Positions 51,499 to 64,000 of a stretch of DNA of 64,000 nt are shown one piece after another. Made by a program: the position numbers and the translations under genes. Position 1 is the stretch's first letter. Each line of letters opens with the position of its first letter. This DNA is from Carcharhinus longimanus (lineage: Eukaryota): contig JASCQW010000177.1 of assembly GCA_030264375.1 (NCBI GenBank), positions 15,285,243-15,349,242 on the forward strand, written 5' to 3'. The notes below the pieces were generated by a model. The model did no database searches and was not told the origin of the DNA. It saw nothing but the letters and a program-made list of their open reading frames with translations.

Positions 51499-52761
51499 TC
51501 AGTTAGTGAAAACAAGGCCCTGAGATTAAAACAGAGCAGAACTTCACAAGTTAACATATAGGAACTTAATTTAAAACAGTGTAAAACACATCACATCAAA
51601 GCACTGAGAATCTAATTAGCTGGTTTGTGGAGGTCAATCAACACATGCCTAGAATCCATCTTAAACAGAGTTTCATTCTATCAGTCAGTAATTAGAATAT
51701 AAATCAGATATCTAATCTCTTACATTGTCCAGTTTTTTTCTGATATTGAGGTGTTTGTTATTAAAGGTTTTCATTGAATTTTCATCAGCAGTAAAGCAAC
51801 CATCAGATTTAAAGTCAGGACACCATCTCCAGCTGCCCTTTGACAATTTTTGGGAAAAGATGAGGAACTAAGCATGCTTTTCAATGTAGGTAGAAGTGGC
51901 CTTGATGTTATATGACTTGCAATGAGTACAAATCAATTCCATGTGATGTCACTGCTCTGCACAATGATGAATTTTAATTGCAAAGGCCTGATCTTGATTA
52001 AATTTCTTTTAAGGGTTTAAAGTTTAGGGTTAAAATAATGTTATATTATGATTTGCTTCAGAATCTATGTTACGTGGAGTGAAGTTGGAAGACACAAGGA
52101 ATAACAGCTGAAACTGCCTAAACTACATGAGAACAGAGTTTTTATTTTAACAACATGGGAATGTAAGTTTGAGGTTACAATCAGACCAGCCATGAACTTA
52201 TTGAACTGATGGAGCAGATTCGAGGACCTGGGTGGCCTACTCCTGCTCCTAATTTGTATGCAACATGAAATGGCCATGAGGCCCAACAAGTCCCATTCCT
52301 CTTCAAGGTTGACTCTGACCTCTTGCTCACCTATAAATTAGGATAATGTATGAAGTGCACCAGGTATTTGCGGATGTTGTAAGTCTGTTCACACACAATG
52401 CAAACTCATCCTGTTCAAGAGTAACTTTTGAAAGGTTACAATCCAAACTACAAACCAAATAAATCTCTCCTCTTAAGGGCAAAAGAGGACTGCAAATCCA
52501 ATTTTGATTCCAATCAAGCATTTCATATCCACTGCAAAACAAACCTGGATTAATGGTCCTACATCCCTGTACTGTCACCATTAAACATTGAGTGATCTGT
52601 CACATTCTTTCAACCGTGGATAATTGAGGAAATCCTTGCTATCTCTGATTCATGGCCCAGAATTCTTCACTGTGATGCTGCCGGAATCAGGCAGAGGTAG
52701 AAGATCCTTGAAACTGCCTCCTCCCCTCCAGATTAGACTCAGTACTTCACAGAATCATTAT

Positions 52762-53052
52762 CACAGAATCCCAACAGTGCAGAGTCTGCACTGGCTCTCA
52801 TCAGTCACAGTATCTTACTCATGTCTTTTCCCCCACCCTATCCGTGTAACCCCACTAATTGTTAATCCATCAAATCTACAGATCTTGGGACACTAAGGGG
52901 CAATTTAGCATGGCCAATCCGCCTAATCTGCATGTTTTTGAAGCGTGGGAGGAAACCCACACAGACAGGGGGAGAATGTGCAAACTCCACACAGTCACCC
53001 AAGGCCGGAATTGAACCCCTGGAGCTAAAACCATTGTGCCACCGTTTGCCTA
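52762..53052 (-). mobile_element. HE1-type V-SINE, ~1.3 kb upstream of exon 37a
   Basis: V-domain and tail on the minus strand, with deletions. Confidence 0.8.
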
Positions 53053-56034
53053 GCAAAGCCGTTACCAGAGCTTTAATTACATATTTGGGTTTCTTCCTTT
53101 CTAGTCCTTCATCATCTCTTCCAGCGCTGCAGCATCGCTTTCTAGTACCAGGAACCCTCTCTTATTGGGTTGGGCTGGTGGGATGGTAGCTTCACCTCAA
53201 GATCCGATGTGCCTCACAAATTGAATCCTGATTTAGGAAAATGGATTTGGTTTCCTTCACATTGAAACTCCACCCCAAACAGGAAAATCCATCCCTGGAA
53301 TCAGCTTTAGTCAAATGAGGGAATCAGAAGCTGGGGTGATTCTTTATTTGAAACTGTGGTGCTTACGTTTTCTAGAAGAATCAAATATCAGGCTAATAAT
53401 ATATGGTAAGCAAAAATAATGTCATAATGGCTATTATATTTAACAAATAGTTTGTTCAAATAGGAACAGAGCTGTGATTTTGTGATTCTGTGATTCAGAC
53501 AGGAAAAATCCTGATTTCTCGTTAATCTTACCTCAATCACTTTCTGATACCCTACTACGCACCCTGAATAGTTAGCCTGAGAGCAGATACTTTGTGTAGC
53601 ACTGTTCCTGCTGTTAGGGTACAAAGCTTTGCTCCAATGACACCATCAACAGGGAGCACCATCTATTAACTATTGTCTTGGTCACAAATGCGCAGCAATC
53701 TGTCTTTACAATCCTTCTATTTTGGGAGAAAAGCCATGCACTATCCATCCTCTTTGGTTATCTGGAGACTAGCTTTAATCCACTATAAAGTGTGTAGTAA
53801 TATCTCTAATGCATTCCTATGAATGGATATAAAGAAGCAGGCAGGCGCTGTATTATTACTATATGTACTGAAATGCAAGACCGAGCAAGAAGAGAAACAA
53901 TGCTGGTAAACTTTCCTTAGTTTCCTTTCAAAAGTTCAAGATATCAGAATTATCAAGTTACTGTCAAAAGCAATGGTGAGGCCCAACCTGTTAATCTCTA
54001 ATAGGTTTGACATCAAGTCATCTGGACTCAACACGTCAGCTCTTTTCTCTCCTCACAGACACTGCCAGACCTGCTGAGATTTTCCAGCATTTTCTCTTTT
54101 GGTTTCAGATTCCAGCATCCGCTGCAATTTGCTTTTATCCTGTTATTCTATAAATTCACACAATTTGGTCTTGAGGATCAGAGTTCAGTCTCCAGACTCA
54201 AATACTTTCATCTATTGTGCAAATCGGTGGGTATTGTCTACTCCTGGCCAGGTTCCCAGATAGGGAAGGCTTTATCCTGGCAGATGAACAGGGAATGGTA
54301 AATAAGGACCGATAAATTGGAAAGATGAACTATATAAGGGCCCACAGACTTATTCATATCTCTTTCTCCTGCTGCTGCAGGAAGTGTGACAATAAAGTTG
54401 CTCGACATGTCACTTAAGGCAGGAAGTCAAGGATGGCAAACTCAAATTTTTTTTATAACAAGAAATCGATGATTCAAATTTGAGAAACTGCATTAAAAGA
54501 ATTGTCCAGAATCTTAAATGCCACAAAGATATATGTATAATTATAGTTATCCTCCCTGTTAATGTTTATGATTTACAACTGATGTTTAGTAAAATCATGT
54601 GGTGTAAAACACTTCTTCCTATGATATTCCGAATCGGAATAGTGGACCGGGTGCAGTAATTCTCCCTTTATAGTGTGGTGGGCAGAGATGATCCCAGTTC
54701 CTGGATGTTTCTGCTTTCAATTTGCGTTCCAATAAGTGGTGATGCAAAGATATGGGCAAAGAAACCTCTCACAGCGCTGTGTTGCATCTCCCTCTGTACA
54801 ACACAGAGATTGAGATATCACAATCCATATTCTATCCCATTAACTTTCAGAGGCTTTTAACAGGAGCCCTGAGTCCAGCACTTCCCTATTTTCACTCACA
54901 CAAACCCTATAATTTTCACCAAATTAGTAATTAGAAAGGAAAAACAAACAATTCAACAGCCATACGAGCGTTCCTAAAATGTTAACCCAAGCTATAGGCA
55001 GGATTCTCCGCTCTCATCTGTGGCAGGACCTATTGCAAGCGAGAATGGAAAAATTGGCATTCCAGCCAAAACTGCATTCACTTTCAGTAGCACTGGAAAA
55101 TCCCAGCTGTCAACGAGGATGGAAGACTCTGGCTTATGTGTCACAGTACAGTCTTGGTCAGTTAAATTGCAGGCGAGACCTGCATTCCTTAGAGATACAT
55201 CCAAAGCTGCTGCAAATAACGGCCTAGCCTCCCATCTACATTGCAAACTGACAGAATATTGCTAAATAATATTTTTAAAAAATCAGGTTTGCATTTGAGC
55301 AAAGATATAGGCTATAGGCAGAGCATAATTTTCAAGATTTATATTGTACATTTAGAATTGTACTTGATCTATGATTTCATCAGTTGCCACATCTGTGGAG
55401 ATTCAAGAAGGCAACTATAACAGTCAAGGCTTCAGCTTGTGTATCTGTGTCACAGTGCAGCTTGCGTAGCTGTGTCAGTGCAGGTAAAAACTAGGCTTGT
55501 TCACTGCATAATTAGAATTTCATTAAAAATTCAGCAATAGGTAGATTTTGCCTCTAAAGAACTGTAGAGTTACTGTCGAACTGAGGAATAAGCAAACAAA
55601 CCAGCTAATTAGATATTTAAAGTTGTAAAGTATGGTAAAGGCCAGGGCTTAACTTGCCAAACTCACTGAAAAGTATGACTGATCCTGTTATATCTGACTG
55701 ATTTATTTTTCTCGGTGTGGCTTTTGGTGGTAGCACTAAATTTATTACAACACTTAATAACCTAATTCTTCAAGTAAGCTGTGCCAGAGAACTCCACTTA
55801 TAGAGGTGGCAGCAGGACCAAACAACCCATGGATCCAGTAACTAGATTATCTTGGAAAAGTAGGGGCTCACAAGGCAAATGCCATCCCTGTCCACTTGTA
55901 AGGAAAAGAGTGGTATGGCCTGTTAAGCAGCTTTTTGCCGAAGTAACTTTTTACTACTGTAAGAAACTGAACTATGAGTTGTATCTGCTGAAATTGTGTC
56001 CATGTGTTCTTTATAAATACATTTATAAATTTAG

Positions 56035-56340
56035 AAGGGTGTCATAGTCTGCAGGGAGACTTAGATAGGTTGCAGAGCTGGGCCGAGAAGTGGCGGATGG
56101 AATTTAATGCGGAGAAGTGTGAGGTAATTCACTTTGGTAGGAGCAACAGATGTGTGGAGTATAGGNNNNNNNNNNNNNNNNNNNNNNNNNNNNNNNNNNN
56201 NNNNNNNNNNNNNNNNNNNNNNNNNNNNNNNNNNNNNNNNNNNNNNNNNNNNNNNNNNNNNNNNNGTTTTTGTAACTGGTCGGCGCAACATCGTGGGCCG
56301 AAGGGCCTGTTCTGCGCTGTAATGTTCTATGTTCTATGTA
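56035..56340 (+). mobile_element. CR1 LINE (young), spans an N-gap
   Basis: LQGDLDRLQSWAEKWRMEFNAEKCEVIHFGRSN; (tgttcta)n tail. Confidence 0.9.
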
Positions 56341-58600
56341 TACAAAATCTTCTTTTCTAACGTTTTGTAAAGATTTCAGGATTTAATCAATCCATGGATG
56401 GACTACACCATCTTCACTTAGTGATTACACGTACCTGCCATATACCAAATACAAAGGGATCTTGTTACATTCCTGTATTAAGACTCTCAAAGGAGCTTGG
56501 AGGAGGGAGTGGAGTCAATAATTACTGTAAATATGCTAGACTGTAATAATGTGCTTGGTGGACTGAGGCCTCTCTCACTCCAGTCTTTTTTGGTTCCTGT
56601 TGAATGTTCTTTCGATTTAATTTTGTTTCTTCATTCATAGTGACATCCTCTGCACATAAAAGTCTTATAAATGACACTTTCCAGAATCTAAGGGCAAATT
56701 TAACTGCTCCAGTTAGGTAAACTGTTGGGGATTAATGAACCCAAACTGAATCATAAGAACCCTAATGTAGTTGGTCAAATTTATGTTCTAACTAAATTAC
56801 AACTGCAACTGGGCAGTTTAACCCATGCACAAATGCAATCTGGGAAATTGTCACAAGGGGAGGAAAATATGCAGACAGGGATTTTACAGATCACAGTGGA
56901 TCTGTTCGCTGGCTGAAAAGACATAAAGAACCTTACTTCAGTCATTTCTGGAAGCCCTGAGCAGATTTTTCTAGGTTTTTGGGCTCTTATGCCATTAAGA
57001 GATGTGGTCCTGTCCCCAAGAGTTGCCAGCCAATGACAGAGCTGACAGGTCTTAAATTCCAGTAGCACCACCAAGAAAGATAGCCACGGCTGGGACTGTA
57101 CCTGGCCCAGAGAAGTATCATGGCTACTGCCCTGGATTCAAGGTAAGTAAAGTCTGGGTTGCCAGGCAAATCAGGCTACTCCTGCTGAGTGAGAACGGGA
57201 GGTGGTTGGTGAGTGTGAGGTATTGTTCCTGTGGGGTCAGCACATGTTGCTGAGGATTTGGCCACAGGGTTCTCCATCTAGAGGTCATACCACCTCCAAG
57301 CCCCAAGGAGATCACCAATCTATACCTGACAGTCTTCCCTCACGTTAGAGGGCCTACCCGCTGCTTGGTCCAATGAAATTAGGTTTCTCAGTTTTCATTT
57401 AATACAAATAGTCTTTTCCTTTTTTCAATAAATTATGAGGACAATTAGATATTGATTTGGGTGTTTAAACTGGTATGTTCAACCACAATTTTAAGCTACC
57501 TCATTGATTTTCAGCCATAAAAGCCTAGCCTTCTTGTTATCATAATTATTTGTCTCATTTTATCCCCATCTCCCCTGAAAATGTTCCCAATTGTTGGGGT
57601 AAAATCCACATTGATTGTCCATGTTTAAGCGGTCATTTCTAATGTGTGTCTAGCTAGTAGACACTTCACTGTAGGCTCTTCAGCAAAGGTAAGTGAGAGG
57701 TATCACAGCTGAGCCACTTATCTAGGCCTCACTCCGGTTGTTATGTATTTTTTCTAGACAGGACTCTGATTGTTGTCTTGGCAGAGGTTCAGCACAGGAC
57801 TGTAAGTGAAGCTGGGCCTTTTCTGGCCTGTGTTTTTATGATGTTTTAAATTAATGACATGATTTTATAACATCCTGGAGCAAGGTCAGGCCTTGACAAC
57901 ACAATACAACTTTAAATTTTGCAGAATGAAGTTGAGATTAGGCATGTATTTTCAGTACAAAACTGGTTCTAAACATTTTTTTCAAACAACGTAAGTTTAT
58001 ACAACAATGACTTTACTGAACAGTAATTGCTTCACAACTGACAAAACTAACAGGGTTCACATATAATATCAGATGCTGGGGACAGACAAGGCTTGGATAT
58101 TCCTGAGGAGCTTCAATTAGATAAAGAAGCACAAGAAAGATGAGGCTGATTCAAACTATTTATTATTCAGCTGATGGGAGAGGCAGGAGGGGATTATATC
58201 TTGGACAGGATGTCAGTGATCAATCTATTTTCTCCACTGATGAATTTAGCAGCCATTCATTGTATTTCAGTTTATAGAATCCTTACACTGTAGTGAGGAA
58301 GGAGGCCATTTGACTCACTGGCCAGAATTTTACCGTCCCATCCGTGATGGGAATCAGAATGGGCGAGGCGCAGACATTGGAAAGGTCCACTGACCTTGGG
58401 CGGGATTTTAGTGTTTCAGAACGAGTAAGGCCGTAAAATCCCGCTCATTGAGTCTGCACCAACTCTCCAAAAGAGCATTCCACCCAGACTATATAATCTC
58501 NNNNNNNNNNNNNNNNNNNNNNNNNNNNNNNNNNNNNNNNNNNNNNNNNNNNNNNNNNNNNNNNNNNNNNNNNNNNNNNNNNNNNNNNNNNNNNNNNNNN

Positions 58601-58700
58601 AGGGACCTGGAGGCAAAGGCCATGGGCCATTCCGTTCCATCTCCCATCTTGTGTGACAGCATTGCCCCAAGCCATAAGGTGCGCATCACACGTGTCTTGT
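58601..58700 (-). mobile_element. Ty3/Gypsy RNase H fragment
   Basis: Frameshifted TCDA...LGAMLSHKMGDGTEWPMAFASRS matches the CDAS.YGLGAVLS....E.P.AFASR motif. Confidence 0.75.
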
Positions 58701-59219
58701 CGTAGCAATCTTCAGACATCCCAATCCTCAAATGTTACCAATCTCCAGATGCATATATTTCCAGACATCCCAATCTCTCTCAGTTTCTGGGTTGTGACTG
58801 CATCAGGGAATGTAGAGTTGGTCAGAACTTAGCAGCAGTTGTTGATCTGGAAGCGGCCAGAGAGTTTCTTACTGCTGGAAGCCTCTGTAAAAGGCCAGCG
58901 AGATTGTTTGTTTCACTGGGCACAGAGTGAGTTAACGTAAGACATTGGCTTCAGGAAAGCATACAGTCAACAATATGAGCTTTTTCCAACCTTGATCAAA
59001 TACCTTGTGACAGCTAAACACCTTCTCACAGGCTCACCTACCCATCCAGCCCTGAATTGCAAATACCCCTCCCTGAGCTCCGTGACAAGAATCCTTTGGC
59101 AAGGTACTTTTCTATGAGCGAGGTGTAAGGTCATCATGCCTCTTGGTGATGAAAAATGAAGATGCCATATCCCTCTAACTGATGTTGAAGACAGAGAAAC
59201 CTGTTTAAAAAATGTTTAA

Positions 59220-59448
59220 AATTTATATATTAAGGCTTACATTAACACTGAATGAAATTCTCCTAGTCACCACAGTCCAGCATTGCTTGGGTCAATGCAC
59301 CTAACCAGCATGTCTTTCAGAAAGTAGGAGGAAACTGGAGCACCCAGAGGAAACCCACATAGACACAGGGAGAACATGCAAACTCCACAGAGGCAGTGAC
59401 CCAAGACCAGAATCGAACTCGGGTCCCTGACTAATCACTGTGTCGCCC
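59220..59448 (-). mobile_element. V-SINE subfamily with alternative tail
   Basis: Similar to 13050-13354. Confidence 0.7.
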
Positions 59449-59595
59449 TTTATTCAAAATCAATGCCTTCAAATGATTTCAGTTATTACTTCAGTGTTAA
59501 GTTGGCACCTAAAGAGCCACCCACCAGAAAGGAGATGATATTTTCAAAGGCAGTTACTGTGAGCAGCTGAATAGAATCTAATTTGACCCAGGATA

Positions 59596-60005
59596 GGGGG
59601 AGATGTGGCATAGTGATAATATCACTGCACTAGTTCTACAGAGGCCCAAAGTAATGCTTTGGGTTTGTAGGTTCAAATACCATCACAACAGTTGGGATGA
59701 GATGTGTAGGCCTGAGTGAAGATGCTCTAAGAATTGGTGCAGATCGATGGGTCGAACGGCCTTCTTCTGCACTGTAGGGATTCTATGAGAAACCCAACTG
59801 GTTCATTAATGTCCTTTAGGGAAGGAAATCTACCATCCTTACCTGGTGTAGTTTACATTTGGCTTCAAACCCACAGCAATGTGGTTAACATTTAACTGCC
59901 CTCGGAAATGACCAAGCAAGCCATGCAGTTCAAGGGCAATTAGGGATGGGCAATAAATGCTGGCTCAACCAGCGACACCCATGTCCCATGAAAGAATTTT
60001 TAAAA
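59596..60005 (+). mobile_element. Second SINE family copy with an HE1 tail (~59705-59790) nested inside
   Basis: tRNA-like head gtggcatagtgataat...ggttcaaatacc, HE1 tail, then the family 3' half. Confidence 0.7.
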
Positions 60006-61785
60006 ATGCTAGATGCTTAATAGGTGCAACATTTACTTTATGTACTGGGAACTAATGGGATAAATAAGGACAGTGACTTAAACGGACACACAATATGGTA
60101 TTGGAGGGCCACCATCAGGAAACTGAGCTCCTGTTCCAGAAATTGGAGAGTTTCTAATCTACCCATGTCTGAGAACAGGCCCCTGGATATACTTGTAATT
60201 AATAATCTATAATTGTCCCCTTTTCCAGGTGTACGATGACTAGCTTCTATTATCCTACTCCCTCTTTTCAGTCAGGATGACAATGAGTTCACTCCTGCAC
60301 AGTAACCAGGAGTCACTGGCAAAAACGTTCTCCAATAGAATCAGCACTGACGGTACTCAGTCACTCAGGACTTCACTTAGCAAGAAGCTTGCCTAGTGGT
60401 GACAAACTGACTAGATTGATCAATTTTGGTCTGGGATTCTGGTTCTCTCATTTATCCTGTTACAAGAGAATGTTGAAAAGCAAGGTCTTTAGTACTTTTC
60501 TAAAACCTTAGCTAAGTAGTTTGCATCTCATGTTCAATATGTTCAAGAATGAAAATCTCTCCCCACTCACACTTACGATAACTGGGCTCAGAAGTGATCC
60601 AAAAGTCATAGTTAAAGGACTGATAAGTGTTGGTGAGTGACAATATTAACTTTATCTCATAGTCATGAATATATCCTGTGACTTTGGCTTTTAGGTGCAT
60701 TCTTATTCCTGTTACAATGTTGTGACCACATGCAATTGCTATGCCATGTGAGGAGTATATTTTTTTCCAGGAAACTCATCAGAGGCAAGAGAAATTGCAC
60801 TATCTCTGTTAATACCCAGATTTCATACACACTGACAATTTAATCAAATACATATCATCTATATTAAAGTCATGAAGGTAGATGAAGTGAATTGCTATCA
60901 GTGATTAGGAACAGGAGGAAACTCTAGCAACATTACTGTGGTTTGCCCATTATGACAGACAGGCATCCAGACAACCGCCAGAAAAATGGAGCCCACAGGA
61001 TAGTCAGTCTAGAAGTTCAATCAAAGACTTCTTTTTTTCCCAAAACCAATCAGGTGGCCTCTCTGCAGCTGAGTAATTCTGGAACCAGTTTTATCAGATC
61101 TCCAACAGATCACAAACAGCTGGCCTGTCAGCAGGGAGCATACATATTGAACTCAGCAGCATGGTGTATGTAGATAGACGTCTGCATGGGAAGTGGGAAT
61201 TTTCCTGTCCCAAGCACCACAGGAATTGTAGCGAGTGGGGGAAGGTGGGCCTTGCAAAAGCCCATTGACGGTTTTCCGGTCTTGGGGTGAACACGGCCGG
61301 AAAATCCCACCCATGATGTTAGAAACTTAAATGTTTTAAATGTTTACTTAGGCCATGTGGAATTTAGGCTTACAAGTCAGAAACTCTCATTCAGATTGCA
61401 CCGTCATTGGAAGGTTTCCATACAGGTGCTAGAGATGTTTCTAAAATGTTTAAAAAGAATAATCTCTACGTGGGCTGTATGGATAGTATGGCAGTTTTGT
61501 GATATCTTATTAAAACCAATCATCCAGCTCTTCTCCATTGGATCTGAACCTGGATACATGGCTGACTCATACCAGCCTGTCACTAACCTCCAGAACAAAA
61601 AAAATGAATTCAAAACGAACATTTTAACACTAATTTTAATGTGAGCAGTGAACCCTTTGTTGTGTATGCACACTGCTTCTGACCACAATTCAGATGTAGC
61701 TAATAGTTCTCGTTTCCAATTCTCTCAGATGCCACCCTGTGGTATAGAAGTTTAAGGAAGGAGGCTTGCTAAGGATAGATGCTTA

Positions 61786-61917
<132 letters not shown>

Positions 61918-62557
61918 TTATGTAAAAATTGAAGAAGCATGAACTGGGGTGCTGCAGTAATCAACTACATATTATTAATTGTTTAATAGTTAACTGAAAG
62001 AGTGGAGACCCATATTCTGCGACACAAAAGTAAGATGCAGGATTCATAATGTAGCAACTTGTCAATCCTAGCAGTGACACCAGTTCCATGCTGATATCAT
62101 TATAAGTTAAAGCAGCAGTGAATGCGAATGAAGAACCACTCAGTCCTGCTTCTTACTTAGATCATCTACAATCTACTCTAACATCGATGCTACACACATT
62201 AAACCTATTGAGGGAACGGGAATATTCTCTAATCCTCAGTGATATCAAACAACTCCAGAATATACATCCAACCCCATTTTACAGAATCACAGAATGGTTA
62301 CAACACAAAGGCAATGATTTTTGAACTGATAGAGACGTTAATTATAAAAAGCTAATTTGACTGACAACAGTGGAGCAATAATAAACTAAAAAAGCTGAAA
62401 ATACATAACCAGTAATCAGGATGTTTCATCTCATGCTTTTGATGTGAAGGGTGCATATTCAGAACAGATAGAGACATACTTTGTGTATGTCCAACATTTT
62501 GTTTTCAGGTTATTAAATCATGAGATTGACAAGAAACAGGATGCATTCGATACTTAC

Positions 62558-62708
62558 CAGGAAGGAACAGAGGAAAATGAAGGAGACAAAATAGAAATAG
62601 GCAAACTCATTGCCACATTCGTTTCCTGCGATGCCAGATTTTGGATCACATGGTTTGCCACCCAAGCATGATAACATGATACTATGCCATGCCTCTCCTG
62701 TTGCACTC
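62558..62708 (-). CDS. CACNA1A: CACNA1A exon 35 equivalent (151 nt), domain IV pore and S6: [50 protein letters not shown]
   Basis: Acceptor tatttcag|G, donor CTG|gtaagt. The selectivity-filter Glu in TGEAW is intact. Confidence 0.97.
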
Positions 62709-63341
62709 CTGAAATACACATACAATCTTGTTACAGTAACGGCAGTCAAGGAAGACAGATGAAAACTAATAGGAAATTCACACACTTCCTTTAATAATTC
62801 ACCTGAAAGACATCAATTTGATAAAAGCCCCAGTATAGGTGATTCCCAATTCTGGGTAAAATATGAGGCTGCGTCCAGACTCATTGGGTCAGAGATACCT
62901 CCTCAAATTGTGCACTGGTTTTGGATAACGTACTTAGTAACAGAAAAAAATCATCCTGTCTGAGTCCTTCTCTGTGATGGCTCAGTGGGCTTGCTGTCAT
63001 ACTGAGCTCTACAAATCAGAAAATATCAGTTTCAATCTCTGGCCTAGCCAGGGAAGAATCAAGGGGCATGGGAAAGAGTGGTGCCTTCATTCGCTAGGGA
63101 AACAAGGAACTGGATTTGCCAATATTCATGCTATTAATCATTACACAGTGATCGTTGCTGAAAAGTGCATGCGTCTCCATGGCAGGTGAGAATTGGAGTC
63201 AGCTGTGGTACCTTCTATACTTCGATAGCTTGCTGACAAACATTACTTAGGCTGCAGGGGAAGAAGTGCCTGGTATCTATGAAACCTTATTAAGAGATAT
63301 TAAAAGAAATTAAGAGGCAAATAAAGTTGATGGTTTTTTAC

Positions 63342-63439
63342 CGGAAAAGAAGTATCAGGGCTTGGAAGAATGTTCTGAAGTTGTTGTGGTGATTAATTTC
63401 ACTATCTTCATCATCATCAATTGCAATATTTCCAAATAC
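63342..63439 (-). CDS. CACNA1A: CACNA1A exon 34 equivalent (98 nt), domain IV S5-P loop: [32 protein letters not shown](R)
   Basis: Acceptor ttattttgcag|GTA, donor CG|gtaaaa; phase 0 in, phase 2 out. Not in the ORF track. Confidence 0.96.
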
Positions 63440-63686
63440 CTGCAAAATAAAATGAGGCTATTTCAATTCCAAGTTCACTTTACTGTCCATACAGAAATTT
63501 ATTTCAGTGCATTACTCATTTATTAAAAATTGCATACAAGTGAATAACAATAAAAGAAAGAAAATCACGCAAAGACGTCTAACTTTAAATCAAATATCTA
63601 TTCAAAACTACATTAAAATGATCAGCCAACATTCCCATCCACACATCAAACTCCTAAGTTCTTACAGAGAAGAGCACATTGAATTC

Positions 63687-63884
63687 AGGTGGTAGGGTGG
63701 CACAGTGATTAGTAATGCTGCCTTACAGTGCCAGGGACCTGGGTTCGANNNNNNNNNNTTAATGTCAGGGGGACTAGCTAGGATAAATGTATAGGCTTAT
63801 GGGGGATAGGGCCTGGGTGGGAGTGTGGTCGGTGCAGACTCAATGGGCCAAATGGCCTCCTTCTGCACTGTAGGGATTCTATGA
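63687..63884 (+). mobile_element. HE1-type V-SINE spanning a small N-gap
   Basis: Head and tail present. Confidence 0.85.
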
Positions 63885-64000
63885 ATTGATTTGTCCTGTA
63901 TCTGAGGGATTGTAGCCTTTCAACTGAACACAGCCATCAGTAATACTGAAAGAAGGGATGATTCTCATTGTTCATGACACCACTTTTATCAAGAAAAATC

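Overview
AT-rich vertebrate genomic DNA, almost certainly from a shark or other elasmobranch (dense HE1-type V-SINEs, CR1, L2, Rex1, RTE and Penelope fragments), with ten assembly N-gaps. The whole window lies inside one minus-strand gene, CACNA1A (Cav2.1, P/Q-type calcium channel alpha-1A). I read 11 coding exons with canonical GT-AG sites and consistent phases: the equivalents of human exons 34, 35, 36, mutually exclusive 37a and 37b, and 38-43 (domain IV pore loop/S6, EF-hand, pre-IQ/IQ, proximal C-tail). Several of these are absent from the ORF track. Most of the ORF track is intronic noise or TE debris. The best second-look signals are: the 37a/37b EF-hand exon pair; a Penelope fragment with an apparent A-to-G hypermutation signature; an inverted pair of Penelope termini carrying complementary-decayed hammerhead ribozymes; a 94-bp local inverted duplication inside a SINE; and a cluster of candidate microexons after exon 43. 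I found no convincing novel protein-coding system. Exon numbering and family comparisons are from recall, not database searches. TE boundaries are approximate.
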